A program made the position numbers and the translations under genes. 64,000 nt of DNA from Macrostomum lignano. Lineage: Eukaryota. Positions 9,900-21,174 of the stretch are shown here, one piece after another (position 1 is the first letter of the stretch; each line of letters begins with the position of its first letter). The stretch covers positions 1 to 64,000 of the forward strand of contig NIVC01000055.1 in NCBI GenBank assembly GCA_002269645.1, in the 5' to 3' direction. The notes beneath the pieces were generated by a model. The model was not told the DNA's origin. It did not search any database and saw nothing but the letters and a program-made list of their open reading frames with translations.

Positions 9900-11239
9900 T
9901 AGTATATCACCTTGTGCCGATGCACTGTACCTTGTCCGATCTTCTGTCCGGTGAGCAGTCTCTCGCAAGGGAAATCAGCATTTTCTGCCATTTTGCTATC
10001 TTATAACTGCAGCGATAATCACAGAAGTCAGTTCTGTCTGACCAGCCGCAGCTCCCAGCCAGAGCAAACACTGCGGGCATCGCATTTGTTTGCCAACTGC
10101 ATCATCCGAATTGACTTTTCTTGGGCCGCTGGGGATTAATTAAATCACTTGTGCGCGCGCACTGCCAGACTTACGAACACCTTGTATTCGTACCTAGTGC
10201 TGCACCCAGGTATACCTTGGCGAAAAAAAATTTTGCCTAGTATTGCGGGAGACAGAAGTAGGCAGAAACTGGTAAGTTCGCTAGCACTTTGCCAAGTAAG
10301 AAATTTTGGCACACAAGTTCAAACCTTGAGCTCAAGAGTTCTCACCCAGTAAACCCGAGAGGAAATTACAGCAGCCACAAGCTAACGTCTGGGATGTAGG
10401 CGTTCTTGTGGGGGGTGGGGGGTGTGAGGGGACAGGAAGAGGATTTTTATCGACTTCTCCATAAGTAACAGCTGTTTAGTAACAGCTGTCATAGCAACAG
10501 AACTTAGGGGAAATCTCTGATATTACTTCCAACATGAGGGTCTCGGAGTGCGGAGGTTGTTGAACTCACACTGTCTGTACTTCGACAGGAAGTGAGAAAT
10601 TGTTGGGGTCGATTAGAACTGCTCGGCAACAGCAGGGCAGGGCTACTTAAGTATATACGTTACTTTATTCGTCCTTGCAGCAGGGTAGAGTGCGCGGGCT
10701 GAGATTAGCAATAAAAGTCGTGACTAATCTGACACCCGCCGCAACGTAAGGAGTTTTATTTATATTACATCGCCTTCTGGATGATCTGGTTTCACTAACG
10801 CAAGCCGAGAGACAGATTGCATCACAGTGACGCAAGTTCTACGGTAAGCTGAGTTCTGTACCCCTAATACTCTTTGAATGTCCGCACTCGACACTGTGCA
10901 ATAGAGTCTGTATTATAAGACCTCATTTCGGTGCAAGACTGAGCTTTGGACTATACGGCCACCGAATCTGCAAGTTCATGGCAGGTCAACACAGTGTTAG
11001 CCATTATGATTAGGTCTTAGTAGTCTTGCTTGAGAAGAATTGTTCCAGATTGTAGCGCAGGCTCTTGCTACAAATTCCTTTATAATTTCAATGAGAGCTA
11101 GAATAGAGGTGAACAGATTGGACTGCTGATGCAGCGACTTGGGTTCGATCTTAGTAGTGTAAAATAAAAAATAAAAGTAGCATAAATTTTTTCATTGAAA
11201 GCTTTTATTAAAGGACTAATTAAAAAGACCTGGATTATG

Positions 11240-11760
11240 GCACAAGATGAACCAAGGATTATTGCACTTGATAAGCCAAGGATTATTGCACTTGATAAAC
11301 CAAGGATTATTGCACTTGATAAACCAAGGATTACTGCACTTGATAAACTAGAAATTATTGCACTTGATAAACCAAAGATTATTGCACTTGATAAACCAAC
11401 TGCACTTGATAAACCAAGGATTACTGCACTTGATAAACCAAGGATTACTGCACTTGATAAACCAAGGATTACTGCGCTTGATAAGTCATGGATTATTGCA
11501 CTTGATAAGCCAAGGATTATCGCACTTGATAAACCAAGGATTACTGCACTTGATAAACTAGAAATTATTGCACTTGATAAACCAAAGATTATTGCACTTG
11601 ATAAACCAACTGCACTTGATAAACCAAGGATTACTGCACTTGATAAACCAAGATTATCGCACTTTGATAATAAGGAATATTGTAATTGATAAACCAAGGA
11701 TTATTGCACTTGATAAGCCAAGGATTACTGCACTAGATTATAAAGGGCTATTGCACTAGC
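11240..11760. repeat. 24-bp minisatellite (GATAAACCAAGGATTATTGCACTT)
   Basis: Read directly; it explains the ALDKPRII / LSSAIILG ORFs and decays into looser copies to about 11930. Confidence 0.92.
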
Positions 11761-11989
11761 TGAGACATCGATTTTTGGACTTGATGAGTAAAGGATTATT
11801 GCACTAGCTGAGAAGCTGATTTTTGCGCTGTCTAAAAAAGAGATTATTGCGCTCGCTGAGACGTGGATTGTTGCAAAACCTGAGAAAGCGATTATTGCAT
11901 TAGCGGAGGTAACATGTCAAATGTTGCATTAGCAACAAGAGCAAGAGCAAGCCTGCATTATGTAGGGTGATGCTTGCTGTCTGGAGGAT

Positions 11990-12440
11990 GCTTGCTCTCG
12001 AGGGGGGATACTTGCTATTGGGAGAGGGGGTACTGGCTACATGTATGGAATTCTTTCTATCCAGGGATGCTTGCTATTTAGGGATTCTTGCTATCTGCAG
12101 GATGCTTGCTATCTGGGTGGATTCTTCTATAATATCTGGGCGGTGCTTGCTATCTGCAGGATGCTTGCTATCTGGGTGGATGCTTCAACAATATCTGGGG
12201 GATGCTTGCTATCTGCAGATGCTTGCTATCTGGGTGGATGCTTCTATCTGGGGGATGCTTGCTATCTGCAGAATGCTTGCTATCTGGGTGGATGCTTCTA
12301 TCTGGGGGATGCTTGCTATCTGCAGATGCTTGCTATCTGGGGTGATGCTTGCTATGAGCATTAGAGGATGCTTGCTATCTGCAGATGCTTGCTATCTGGG
12401 GTGATGCTTGCTATGAGCATTAGAGGATGCTTGCTATCTG
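11990..12440. repeat. Degenerate 19-20-bp tandem repeat (GGATGCTTGCTATCTG core)
   Basis: Read directly. Confidence 0.85.
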
Positions 12441-13113
12441 CGGTCGTTTACTTTTGGAGGGGGGTGCTTGCTGTCTTGGGAATATTTTCTATTTCTATTT
12501 AGGGGAAGCTATATTTTGTAGTCTGTTGTTAATTTTAGAGAAAAAGTGGTTCTTTCACTTTGCAAACATCTTTGTCCGTGACAATTTTACACGAATAAGA
12601 TGGTTTTTAAAAGTGAAGAAGGAATTGGTGTTTAAGAAAATGTGCCTTTTTATTTTTTTCCATGAACTGTTTTTGCTCCTTTCTTATTGGGCGCCCCGAA
12701 GGGGGCCGCACTAGATTGCTAGTTCTAACTAATCTGTTTCAGAGTGTGCACAAGTCACCATCAAGGCCAGTGCGAAGCAAAGAGAATTAGACTGTCCCTC
12801 TCTATCCGAGGTTAATTTTACAACTGACTCAGCCTGCTGCTCACTTCGCTGTGGGTCCCCGCATCGCCAGTAGCCGAGAATAGAGCGCCTTGGAACAACA
12901 GAAAAGTGAAAAAAATAGACGAAAATAGGAGGGTCAGTGGTTTGCCGAACTCGAATTTGAAAGAGAATGCGAAGCGCAAAAACAGCTGGACAGGAGCTCC
13001 CTGCCCTCACCGCACGCCGCCCTACAGCTTTTCTATTTAATTCTTTCGTTTGCTGCAAAAACAAAAAACGCTTGCCACCGCACCAGCCCCGCAGAGCAGA
13101 GCAGCTCAAGTGA

Positions 13114-14862
13114 ATGGCTGCACCAGCTGCACCCATGAATACCTCAGTTTCCTCAGCGTCGACCAACGCCAGCGCCAGTGAGGTGGAGAGCAGGTCGCTG
13201 AGCCGCCGTCGGCGACATCGTGCCAGCTGCCTGCGCCGCTGCTGCGCCGGAGTCTGCATCGCCTCCGCCATCGCCTGCGTAGTTCTCGGCGCCGCCGTAG
13301 CTCTGGGATTCGATCGAGTGTTCAGCGACCATCTCAAGGCGGTGATGCCATTGGCTAACGGGTCCATGTCCTACCAGGGCTGGGAGAAAGTTCCCACCGA
13401 GATCCTATTCCAGGTGTGGCTGTTCAACGTCACGAATCCGAGCGCTGTGGTGAAGGCCGGGGCCGCGCCCGCTCTGGAGCAGCTGGGCCCCTTCACCTTT
13501 GTCGAGACCAGACAGAAGAGGGACATCGAGTTCCACGAGAACGGCACCGTGTCCTACCGCGAGTTCCTCCGGTACAGATTCCGGCCGGACCTGTCAGTTG
13601 GCGATCTCAGGGATTTTCAAGTCACCTCCGTCAACATGCCCTACCTGGTGACCAGCTTCCAGATGAGATTCGAGTCCATCTTTCTGCGCAAGATGGTTGA
13701 CAGCTACCTGCGCGAGTACAGCGGAGGCCTGTTTGTCACCCGCTCAGCGGGAGAGATCTTGCTGGGCTATCGAGATCCCGGCCTAGCCAAGATTGAGTCT
13801 CTTGTCAAAATGTTGAGTCCAAACCAGAGATTCCAGTCGACAACTGGTCTGTTCGCCGGTCAGAACGACACGGACAAAGGCTGCATGCTGGTCAATACCG
13901 GCAGACAGAACCTGAGCCTTTTCAATCAGGTTGAACGGTGGAAAGGTGTCGATCGGCTGAGCTTGTGGAGCCAGGACTGGGCCAACAGAGTGGCCGGGAC
14001 AGACGGCAGCATGTTCCCGCCGCCTGTGCGGCCAGCTGACAGGCTAACCCTGTTCGTACCGGACATTTGCCGGCCCATAGACATTGTGTACAACAGTTCG
14101 GGCACTGTTGAAGGCATCCCGGTACTGCGGTTCCGCCCGCCCCCAGAGCTGCTGATGAATGCGACACTGTGGCCGCCGAACCAGGCCTTCTGCCAGCCGG
14201 ATTGCCTCGATTCGGGCGTGCTGAACGTTACCACCTGCCAGCACAATGTCCCCATCGTGGTATCGTCGCCTCACTTTTTCGGAGCCCCGGCCTATCAGAC
14301 GGCGGTAACAGGGCTCGACCCAACGCCGGATCTGGAAACAGTGGTGAACGTGGAGCCAAACACGGGCTTCGTGCTGAGCGCGCAGCGCAAGATGCAGAGC
14401 AGCGTCATTGTCCAGCGGGTGCCGGGCTTCGAACAGACTGAGCGACTCAATACCTCCCTGCTGCTGATGCCGCTAATGTGGCTGAATGAAAGCGCCAAGA
14501 TCGAGCCGGGCAAGGCTGCGCTGTTTCGTCTGCACCTGCTGACACCAATTCGGGCGGCTACCTGGGGCCAGTGGGTCCTGATCGGCGTGGGCCTCCTCTG
14601 GACGGCCGCAGCGGCTCTCACGTGCAGTCTGACGGCTCGGCGGCGACGGCAGCGGCTGAGGCGCGGAGCGGAGCTCGATCGGGCGCGAGAGGAGTCGGAG
14701 GCGACCGGGACGATTCCAAAGCAGACGGCGACGGCGACGACTACGCTGCGCCTAATGGACGATGACGAGGGCCCTGAGGCGTCCAAGACTATTGGCGTCA
14801 AGTGCGCAAACGGCTGCTCACCTTCAGCCTGCATCGGCTGCCACCTGAACACAGAGGCTTGA
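13114..14862 (+). CDS. CD36 / class B scavenger receptor (SCARB2/LIMP-2-like), 582 aa, single exon
   Basis: N-terminal TM; W..VPTEILFQVWLFNVTNP, EQLGPFTFVE, NGTVSY, VAGTDGSMFPP, LTLFVPDICRPI, CLDSGVLNVTTC, VVSSPHF, VEPNTGFVLSAQRKMQ, LMPLMWLNESA; C-terminal TM. These are CD36-family motifs. Confidence 0.95.
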   Translation: MAAPAAPMNTSVSSASTNASASEVESRSLSRRRRHRASCLRRCCAGVCIASAIACVVLGAAVALGFDRVFSDHLKAVMPLANGSMSYQGWEKVPTEILFQVWLFNVTNPSAVVKAGAAPALEQLGPFTFVETRQKRDIEFHENGTVSYREFLRYRFRPDLSVGDLRDFQVTSVNMPYLVTSFQMRFESIFLRKMVDSYLREYSGGLFVTRSAGEILLGYRDPGLAKIESLVKMLSPNQRFQSTTGLFAGQNDTDKGCMLVNTGRQNLSLFNQVERWKGVDRLSLWSQDWANRVAGTDGSMFPPPVRPADRLTLFVPDICRPIDIVYNSSGTVEGIPVLRFRPPPELLMNATLWPPNQAFCQPDCLDSGVLNVTTCQHNVPIVVSSPHFFGAPAYQTAVTGLDPTPDLETVVNVEPNTGFVLSAQRKMQSSVIVQRVPGFEQTERLNTSLLLMPLMWLNESAKIEPGKAALFRLHLLTPIRAATWGQWVLIGVGLLWTAAAALTCSLTARRRRQRLRRGAELDRAREESEATGTIPKQTATATTTLRLMDDDEGPEASKTIGVKCANGCSPSACIGCHLNTEA

Positions 14863-15319
14863 TTTTTTGCCTTTCAGCTGAATGGATTGACGTCTGCTGA
14901 AATGCTGGTCTCCGTGTTTGTTCAAAGAAACTGGTCAATTTGATAGCTCGTTTGTACTTTGTACCGTATTCTTCATCTGCTATCTGATGGTGTTGGCATT
15001 GGCAGCAGATAAATTTTCACATTGTCTCTCTAATGGCTCGACATCAGGGCAACCCATATAAACTATATACCTTCACAATATACTAAATCTCTAATATTTT
15101 AGTAGATACTAAATGTATGCTAAACAGTACGCTTAAGTTGATACAGTGTGATGAAACGAACAAATATACCATAAATGTATGCTACACGGTATTACATTGT
15201 TTTACATATAATGAAATTGCCAGACAATGTTATACATTGCGCATCCTGCCTAGTCTGCCTGAGCTCTGCTCACTCGTTTTTCCGCCCCTACCTAGAACCC
15301 CTCTGCTAGGTCTGGGCAC

Positions 15320-15830
15320 AGATATCTGTGGGTCTGGGTTTGGGCCTCGCCCCACCCCCACCCCTCTGTAATCCTGCCCCTGAGTCCCTCCTCCAGGGTG
15401 TTGGGCTTGGGCCTCGCCCCCACCCCCTGTTTTCCTGCCCCCCCCCGAGTCCCTTCTCTTCCAGGGTGTTGGGTTTGGGCCTCGCCCCATCCCCATGTTT
15501 TCCTGCCCTTCAGTCCCTCATCGAGGGTGTTGGGCTTGGGCCTCGCCTCCAACCCTCCCCCCCTCTGTTTTCCTGCCCCTGGGTCCCTCCTCCTCCAGGG
15601 TGTTGGGCTTGGGCCTCGCCTCCAACCCCCCCTGTTTTCCTGCCCCTGGGTCCCTCCTCCTCCAGGGTGTTGGGCTTGGGCCTCGCCTCCAACCCCCCCT
15701 GTTTTCCTGCCCCTGGGTCCCTCCTCCTCCGGGGTATTGGGCTTGGGCCTCGCCCAACCCCCCTGTTTTCCTGCCCCTGGGTTCCTCCTATTCCAGGGTG
15801 TTGGGCTTGCCCCACCCCTCCCCATGTTTT
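15320..15830. repeat. Degenerate GC-rich tandem repeat of about 60-66 bp (GGGTGTTGGGCTTGGGCCTCGCC...CCCTGTTTTCCTGCCCC)
   Basis: Read directly; G-runs occur on both strands. Confidence 0.85.
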
Positions 15831-15953
15831 CTTAGAAAAACTGGTGAGCTGGTGAATGACCTTTGTATGCTACAATAAGTACGTACAAGTTAAGTTATAA
15901 ATTAATTTCTATAAATTTTAAAGTTAGGACAGTAACTTTTTATTGGTGATTTA

Positions 15954-16228
15954 TACTCAGCAACATTGAAAAGTCGCCATCACAGAAGATTCCGTCTGTG
16001 GTCGCCACTTTTGAGAGAGTGCAGGTAAAGTCTCTCTCAATATTTGCGAGTGACGCAACTCAGCTACGCCACGGCAGACTTGAGTTGAGGAGTGAAGTGG
16101 GGGGAGCGGTGTGCGAGGGTTGGGCGGATTAAAGCTACCCCGATCAGTTTTCTTGTATATCTTTTATTTCAGAATAGTCCAAGAGAAATTGCTCACTTGC
16201 TCACTCGACTTTTCAATGTTGCTGAGTA
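15954..16228. mobile_element. Tc1/mariner-type MITE, 275 bp
   Basis: Perfect terminal inverted repeats TACTCAGCAACATTGAAAAGTCG / CGACTTTTCAATGTTGCTGAGTA, flanked by TA at 15952-53 and 16229-30. Confidence 0.85.
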
Positions 16229-16625
16229 TAGTTAATGTAAAATAACTTTAGCAATAATATACGAGCCTACAGTTTAAAGTGCGACATATTCAAGTCAAGT
16301 GGCAACAGGCCAAATCAAGTTGCAAATTTTTAATTCAGGGTTACTAAAGCATCATACATAATGCGTCAAGTGATATCCCATTTTTTGCTGCCCGGCCCAC
16401 TCCCACCCCAACTTCTCTGCGCGCCGATTGGGCAGTCTTTCTTGCCCTTCCCCCCCTTGGTTCATCTAATCAGCTCTACCCTGTTGCGGTGTGTGCTGAT
16501 TGGCTGTGCTGGCTCTCTCTACCCCTCCCCCTATTTGTTAATTATTTAATGGTAATTATTTTGCCCTCTGCCTGGGTCCCTCCTCTAGCCTCGGCTCGCT
16601 TAGCGGCACCTGAAGCGTTTTTCAA

Positions 16626-16738
16626 ATTGGTTGAGCCGCTGTCGACCGTGATTGGCGGAGCTCCTATTGGTTGAGCCGCTGTCGACCGTGATTGGCGGAG
16701 CTCCTATTGGTTGAGCCGCTGTCCACCGTGATTGGCTG
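16626..16738. promoter_or_regulatory. 2.8 copies of a 40-bp unit carrying six ATTGG (inverted CCAAT) boxes
   Basis: The unit is ATTGGTTGAGCCGCTGTCGACCGTGATTGGCGGAGCTCCT, with ATTGG at 16626, 16651, 16666, 16691, 16706 and 16731. A regulatory role is inferred only. Confidence 0.45.
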
Positions 16739-16784
16739 GCCGTAAAGACGGTCTCTTACTACAATAGACTCAATTTATTGGCTG
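16739..16784 (+). ncRNA. Degenerate spliced-leader (SL) exon-like sequence, flatworm (Macrostomum) type
   Basis: GCCGTAAAGACGGTCTCTTACTACAATAGACTCAATTTATTGGCTG versus the M. lignano leader as I recall it, (G)CCGTAAAGACGGTCTCTTACTGCGAAGACTCAATTTATTGCATG: 4 substitutions and 1 insertion. The 5' hairpin CCGT-AAAG-ACGG is intact, the terminal ATG is lost, and no GT donor follows. Confidence 0.7.
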
Positions 16785-17514
16785 CTCAATTATGTTGGAT
16801 TTGCTCAGCTTCGCGCATATTAGAAAAGACAAATTATTACAGAAAGCAACCTGGCTCAACATAGAGAAATAAAAACAAGAAACCGAGACTGGCCCCTTCA
16901 ACTTATTCGACTACAACGACCAGCCATTAGTGTACGATCTTCTTTCCGGATTGTCAGACCCGGTAACTAGGTCGCATATTCATATATCGGTATATATAAT
17001 AGTGAGTGTGGTCAGCGCCTACCTAAAGCGTAACATGAGCTTTATTTACCCTGCGCTAAGGCTCACTAACAGTCTAAATTGCGCTCAATCTAATTAGCCA
17101 CGTACTCTTCGTACGAACTTGAGCACTTAGCCAACGTATACAGAACCAGCCTCATATTGGCATCAGCTGACTCAAACTTACGCCTCTTTCTTTGCTAAGT
17201 CTCGAGTCTTACAGTGGGTCTATTTATGTACGGCGTATTCAATATGCATTCACTATAAGTGTGCAAACGTCTGGTACGTTGCATAGGTCGACTAAATAGA
17301 CTGCTGCAAGTGAGACGGCCAAGGCAGATTCTCGCATGCAGCTGTTTATTTGCTTATACTAATAATAACCAAATATAAATGCGCTCGTCTACTCTTTCAC
17401 CAATAGCAAAGTTTGCGTTTTTTGCACTTTTAAAAAGAGAGAAAGAAATTATCGAACTATTCAAAAAGTTTTAAGCTCCCGCGACCGACCCAGGATTTCT
17501 GCAAGCAGGCTCCT

Positions 17515-17865
17515 AATCTCTACTCCCTACTCCTTACTCCCTACTGCCTACTGCCTACTGCCTACTCCCTACTCCCTACTGCCTACTCCCTACTCCCTAC
17601 TGCCTACTACCTACTGCCTACTCCCTACTCCCTACTCCCTACTCCCTACTGCCTACTACCTAATCCCTACTCCCTACTGCCTACGATGTCTGCTCCCTAC
17701 TCCCTACTGCCAACTCCCTACTCCCTACTGCCTACTCCCTACTGCCTACTCCCTACTGCCTACTCCCTACTCCCTACTGCCTACTCCCTACTCCCTACTC
17801 CCTACTCCCTACTGCCTACTCCCTACTCCCTACTCCCTACTGCCTACGATTTCTACTCCCTACTT
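17515..17865. repeat. 7-bp tandem repeat (CCTACTC/CCTACTG)n
   Basis: Read directly. Confidence 0.95.
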
Positions 17866-18788
17866 CCTACTCTCGGTTGTGAGGGAGTTCTGTGAGCCCT
17901 TGAGTGCATATTGTGCTGAATAAAGGCATATTACCAAGCCTATATAATATTGATAGCTATACGGAGCCCAGGTGAGTCCGCTGGAACGGAAGAGCAATGT
18001 GATAATCAGAGCGCTGATGCCTTTAATCAAGTCACAGTACTGTTGCTCCAAAGTAGTGGGCTGGCTGCACTTCTAGCAACTCATCTGGTCACTCTAAAAG
18101 GCGCTTAAAAGTGTAAAAATGCACGCTCCTGACTACTCAAGGAAGAGCTCTTGGCCGATGCGGTTACAATTTAAGCTAAGCTGCAGCAGTCTATCCACAG
18201 CTCACAGTCTAAACGAGTAAGCTGGAGAGTGACTTTTCACTTTCTGCTTTTGGTTACCTAGAGACAAATTTTTCAAGCGCTCCCTGCCCTGCGCTTCAAG
18301 TACTGCATTGATAGCTTCCTTTGTGGGAGGCCTTCATGCCAGACAGACAGGCTTAGGCAAAGAAAATCAATTGCCTCAGTGCCCATAGCAATCTACCAGT
18401 AAGCCCAGGCTTAGGCATTGCCACCTGGGGACTCTCCGGCCGGATTAATTGGATCAGCTTTTGCCGCTTGAACCGTCAATTATCCGCGGGATTAGCTCCC
18501 GAACTAACTAACTAGATGCTCTAGCGGACTGAGCCACAGCTAACTAATTCAGTGTTCATTCATCGAGTCGCTTCGGTTCAATAATGTAAACAAGGTAGCA
18601 ACAGAACGTTCTAATTGTAATGTTTCAGAAGGATGCGCAAAAGTATTATCAAGGATTGCAGAAACATATTCTATGATTTGAAATCCGTCCGAACCAAACA
18701 AAGCTTTCGGGTTTTTTAAATCGGTTTCTATACTTTTAGGTAATTCCTTATTTACATGTGAAAATAACTCCGGAATGTCAAACGGACG

Positions 18789-19523
18789 CTATCGACGAGG
18801 CTTTGTCCTCGGTTGAGACGCTCCGTGACGCGCCGCCACGTGGGGCGCCGCTGGCAGGCCGTCCTGCAGTCCGAGCATCGAGCGAAACTTTCTGCGAAAT
18901 GTTTGATTGCAAAGCGGATAGAGGGCCGGGTTCAGTGTTGAGTTGGCGTAGCCCACCCAGGTGAGCGCCAGCATGAGGTCGCTGCTGATGCAGTCGTGAC
19001 AGAAGGCCACCACTACAAAGATGACAAAATAGGGCAGGAAGCAGGCGGTGAAGGCGCCCATGATGACGCCAAGTTGCCGGACCGCTTTGATGTCCTTCTT
19101 CAAAGAGCTGCTGCGCTTGAAACTGCTCTCGCTATTGTCCTGAGCCGAGTTTGCTGCTGCTGTTGTGGTGGTGGGCGCCATAGCAACTGCCTCTGCGGCT
19201 GTCGTCTCTCTGACCATAGCGTCGTTGGATACCAGAGTCGGCGGTGGCGGCGGTGGGGGCGGGTCAGGCGGGAAGCACCTGGCGCAGGTGTAGCGAAGGC
19301 TGGTGCACGGGGCCCGAACCAGCAGGGGTCGAATGCGTTCGGTCTGGCAGTCGATGATGGCCTCGTCGTAGATGAACTCCGTGTGACAGCGGCGCACGGA
19401 GGCGGCGGCTGAGTCTGGCCGCTGAGCTGGGGTGGATGCGCTCTCGGTTCCGCGGCAGTTGGAGATCGGTGCGGCTCCCTGATGATTGGGAACGGGTGTT
19501 GGAGATCCGGTGCAATGCACTTT
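18789..19523 (-). CDS. HRH1: Histamine H1-like GPCR, exon 5 (ICL3, TM6, TM7, C-tail)
   Basis: Acceptor ACAG|AAA at 19524/19523, phase 0. KAVRQLGVIMGAFTACFLPYFVIF and LTWVGYANSTLNPALYPLCN closely match vertebrate H1R TM6/TM7. Stop at 18789. Confidence 0.88.
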   Translation of the reverse strand, partial: KVHCTGSPTPVPNHQGAAPISNCRGTESASTPAQRPDSAAASVRRCHTEFIYDEAIIDCQTERIRPLLVRAPCTSLRYTCARCFPPDPPPPPPPPTLVSNDAMVRETTAAEAVAMAPTTTTAAANSAQDNSESSFKRSSSLKKDIKAVRQLGVIMGAFTACFLPYFVIFVVVAFCHDCISSDLMLALTWVGYANSTLNPALYPLCNQTFRRKFRSMLGLQDGLPAAPHVAARHGASQPRTKPRR

Positions 19524-20015
19524 CTGTTTTTTTTACCTGAGACTCGGCTTATTGATAGAAATGTTGGAACTGTGCCAGGTGTAAAATGTTGCATAATTTG
19601 CCTAATTTATATACGCAGCTGCGGGTGTCTCATTTCCAGTGTTTCCTGCGCGAAGGTGGTTGACTTAAAAGTGGGAGAAAAATCTTAGACTTTTGTGGCT
19701 ATGTTTTTGCATGTCCCGCCTTTTATCTCAAAATTAGTGTTGTTAGCTAAGTGTATGGGTGCATAAGAAGTTCTGTTGCTTTTGAAAGCAGGCTAAAAGC
19801 TTCAGAGCTTTATACGAGCTCGCAAAATATGTGCATGCACAAATAGACTCCTTAGGACAGGTTCCAGTTGTATGTGGTTGCTATGCGGTGGATAATGGGA
19901 CGTTGCTGTGTGGTCGTTATGGCGTTTCTGACTTGTCAACAACATAGTCAAATCACGACGCCTGCAATCCCCTGCATTCTAGAAAAAAATATCCTACAAT
20001 GAGTCGGCTCGTTAC

Positions 20016-20255
20016 CAGGTGACGACTACTCGTCTTCCCATTTGCCGTGGGGGCAGTAGTGGCGGCTGACTGCTGATAGGCGCTGTGAAACTTCTCCTCC
20101 AGGTGGGTGCGCTTGCGAATCTCCTTGAAGATCCGGCCGTACAGAACATACATGATGGATAGTGGAATGTAGAAGTTTAACAGGCCGGTAACAATCTTTA
20201 GGGGAAAGTTCTCCTTGTACTCTGGATCGCACTGACTTTCTGGGATGTTGTAGAC
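20016..20255 (-). CDS. HRH1: Histamine H1-like GPCR, exon 4 (ECL2, TM5)
   Basis: Acceptor CGCAG|GTC, donor CTG|GTAACG. Encodes VYNIPESQCDPEYKENFPLKIVTGLLNFYIPLSIMYVLYGRIFKEIR. Only the 3' part appears in the ORF track. Confidence 0.9.
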
Positions 20256-20404
20256 CTGCGAGTGTTACAGGAGATCAAATTGCAAGTAAATCGTTAGTCA
20301 CACAGTCAGTTCAATTCGTCAGACCGTCCTGCGCTGTTTATAAACTTAAACTTGATGCTAATTGATTACTAAAATAATTTTTTGGCATTCAAACTGCTCC
20401 TTTG

Positions 20405-20620
20405 CACTGATTGGCTGGATCTTTCGTCACTCTCACTCCACTCTGTGTGACTTCCCCCGCGCCAGCATCGATTGGCTGGCTCTTGTTATCGCAACCTCAC
20501 TCCTCTCTGTGCGCTTTCCCCCTCGCCAGCACTGATTGGCTGGCTCTTGTTATCGCACCCTCACTCCACTCTGTGCGCCTTCCCTCTCGCCAGTACTGAT
20601 TTGCTGGCTCTTGTTACCCT
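20405..20620. repeat. About 4 degenerate copies of a 53-54-bp unit containing GATTGGCTGG
   Basis: Read directly in GPCR intron 3. Confidence 0.7.
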
Positions 20621-21174
20621 CACTCCATTGTTCCATAATCTAATGACCAAATATTTACTCTCCTTAGCGATTGCGACTCGTTTTCCAGCGTCGAATAAAG
20701 TAATCTTTATTAAAGGTCACAATATCGTCTTTAAATATTTTTAGATTCATATTACTTATAAAAGTAGCTAAATATATAGCAAGTCATTAAGCTAGATAAA
20801 CAAAATCAATTTGGCACAGTGAAAATTTTTTTCCCACTCGACCTTCTAAACGCTGCATGCAGCATTGTAAACAGACTTCAACCATCGTGCTGAGTTTTTC
20901 AGCTCGCTTAACTTTATACGCCGATGGGTTAAGTGGCCAAGAGGAGAAGGGATTCGAGAAAGGGAAATTGTAAATGTATTGCGAATGGGAGAGTAGAGGA
21001 GAACTGAGCACGATCTAAGAATCAGACGGGGAAGCCTTTTGTGAGCAGAATTTTTCTGCCTCTTCTGAAAGTTTAGTTTCTTCCATGCAATTATTAAAAT
21101 TCCCTGCACTGCACTGGCACTGGAGTTTTTAGTTTCACTACTGTCCTGTCTTGTCCTGTCTTTCCTAGAATCTT

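Noticed and set aside
11098-12404. ORFs with LSSAIILG, ALDKPRII and GCLLSA repeats suggesting membrane or LRR proteins
   Set aside because: They are translations of 24-bp and 19-20-bp tandem repeats.
16739-16860. Functional SL RNA gene
   Set aside because: The terminal ATG is mutated, no GT donor follows, and the only Sm-like word (AATTATGTTGG) is too close to the exon end. Kept only as an SL-derived sequence.
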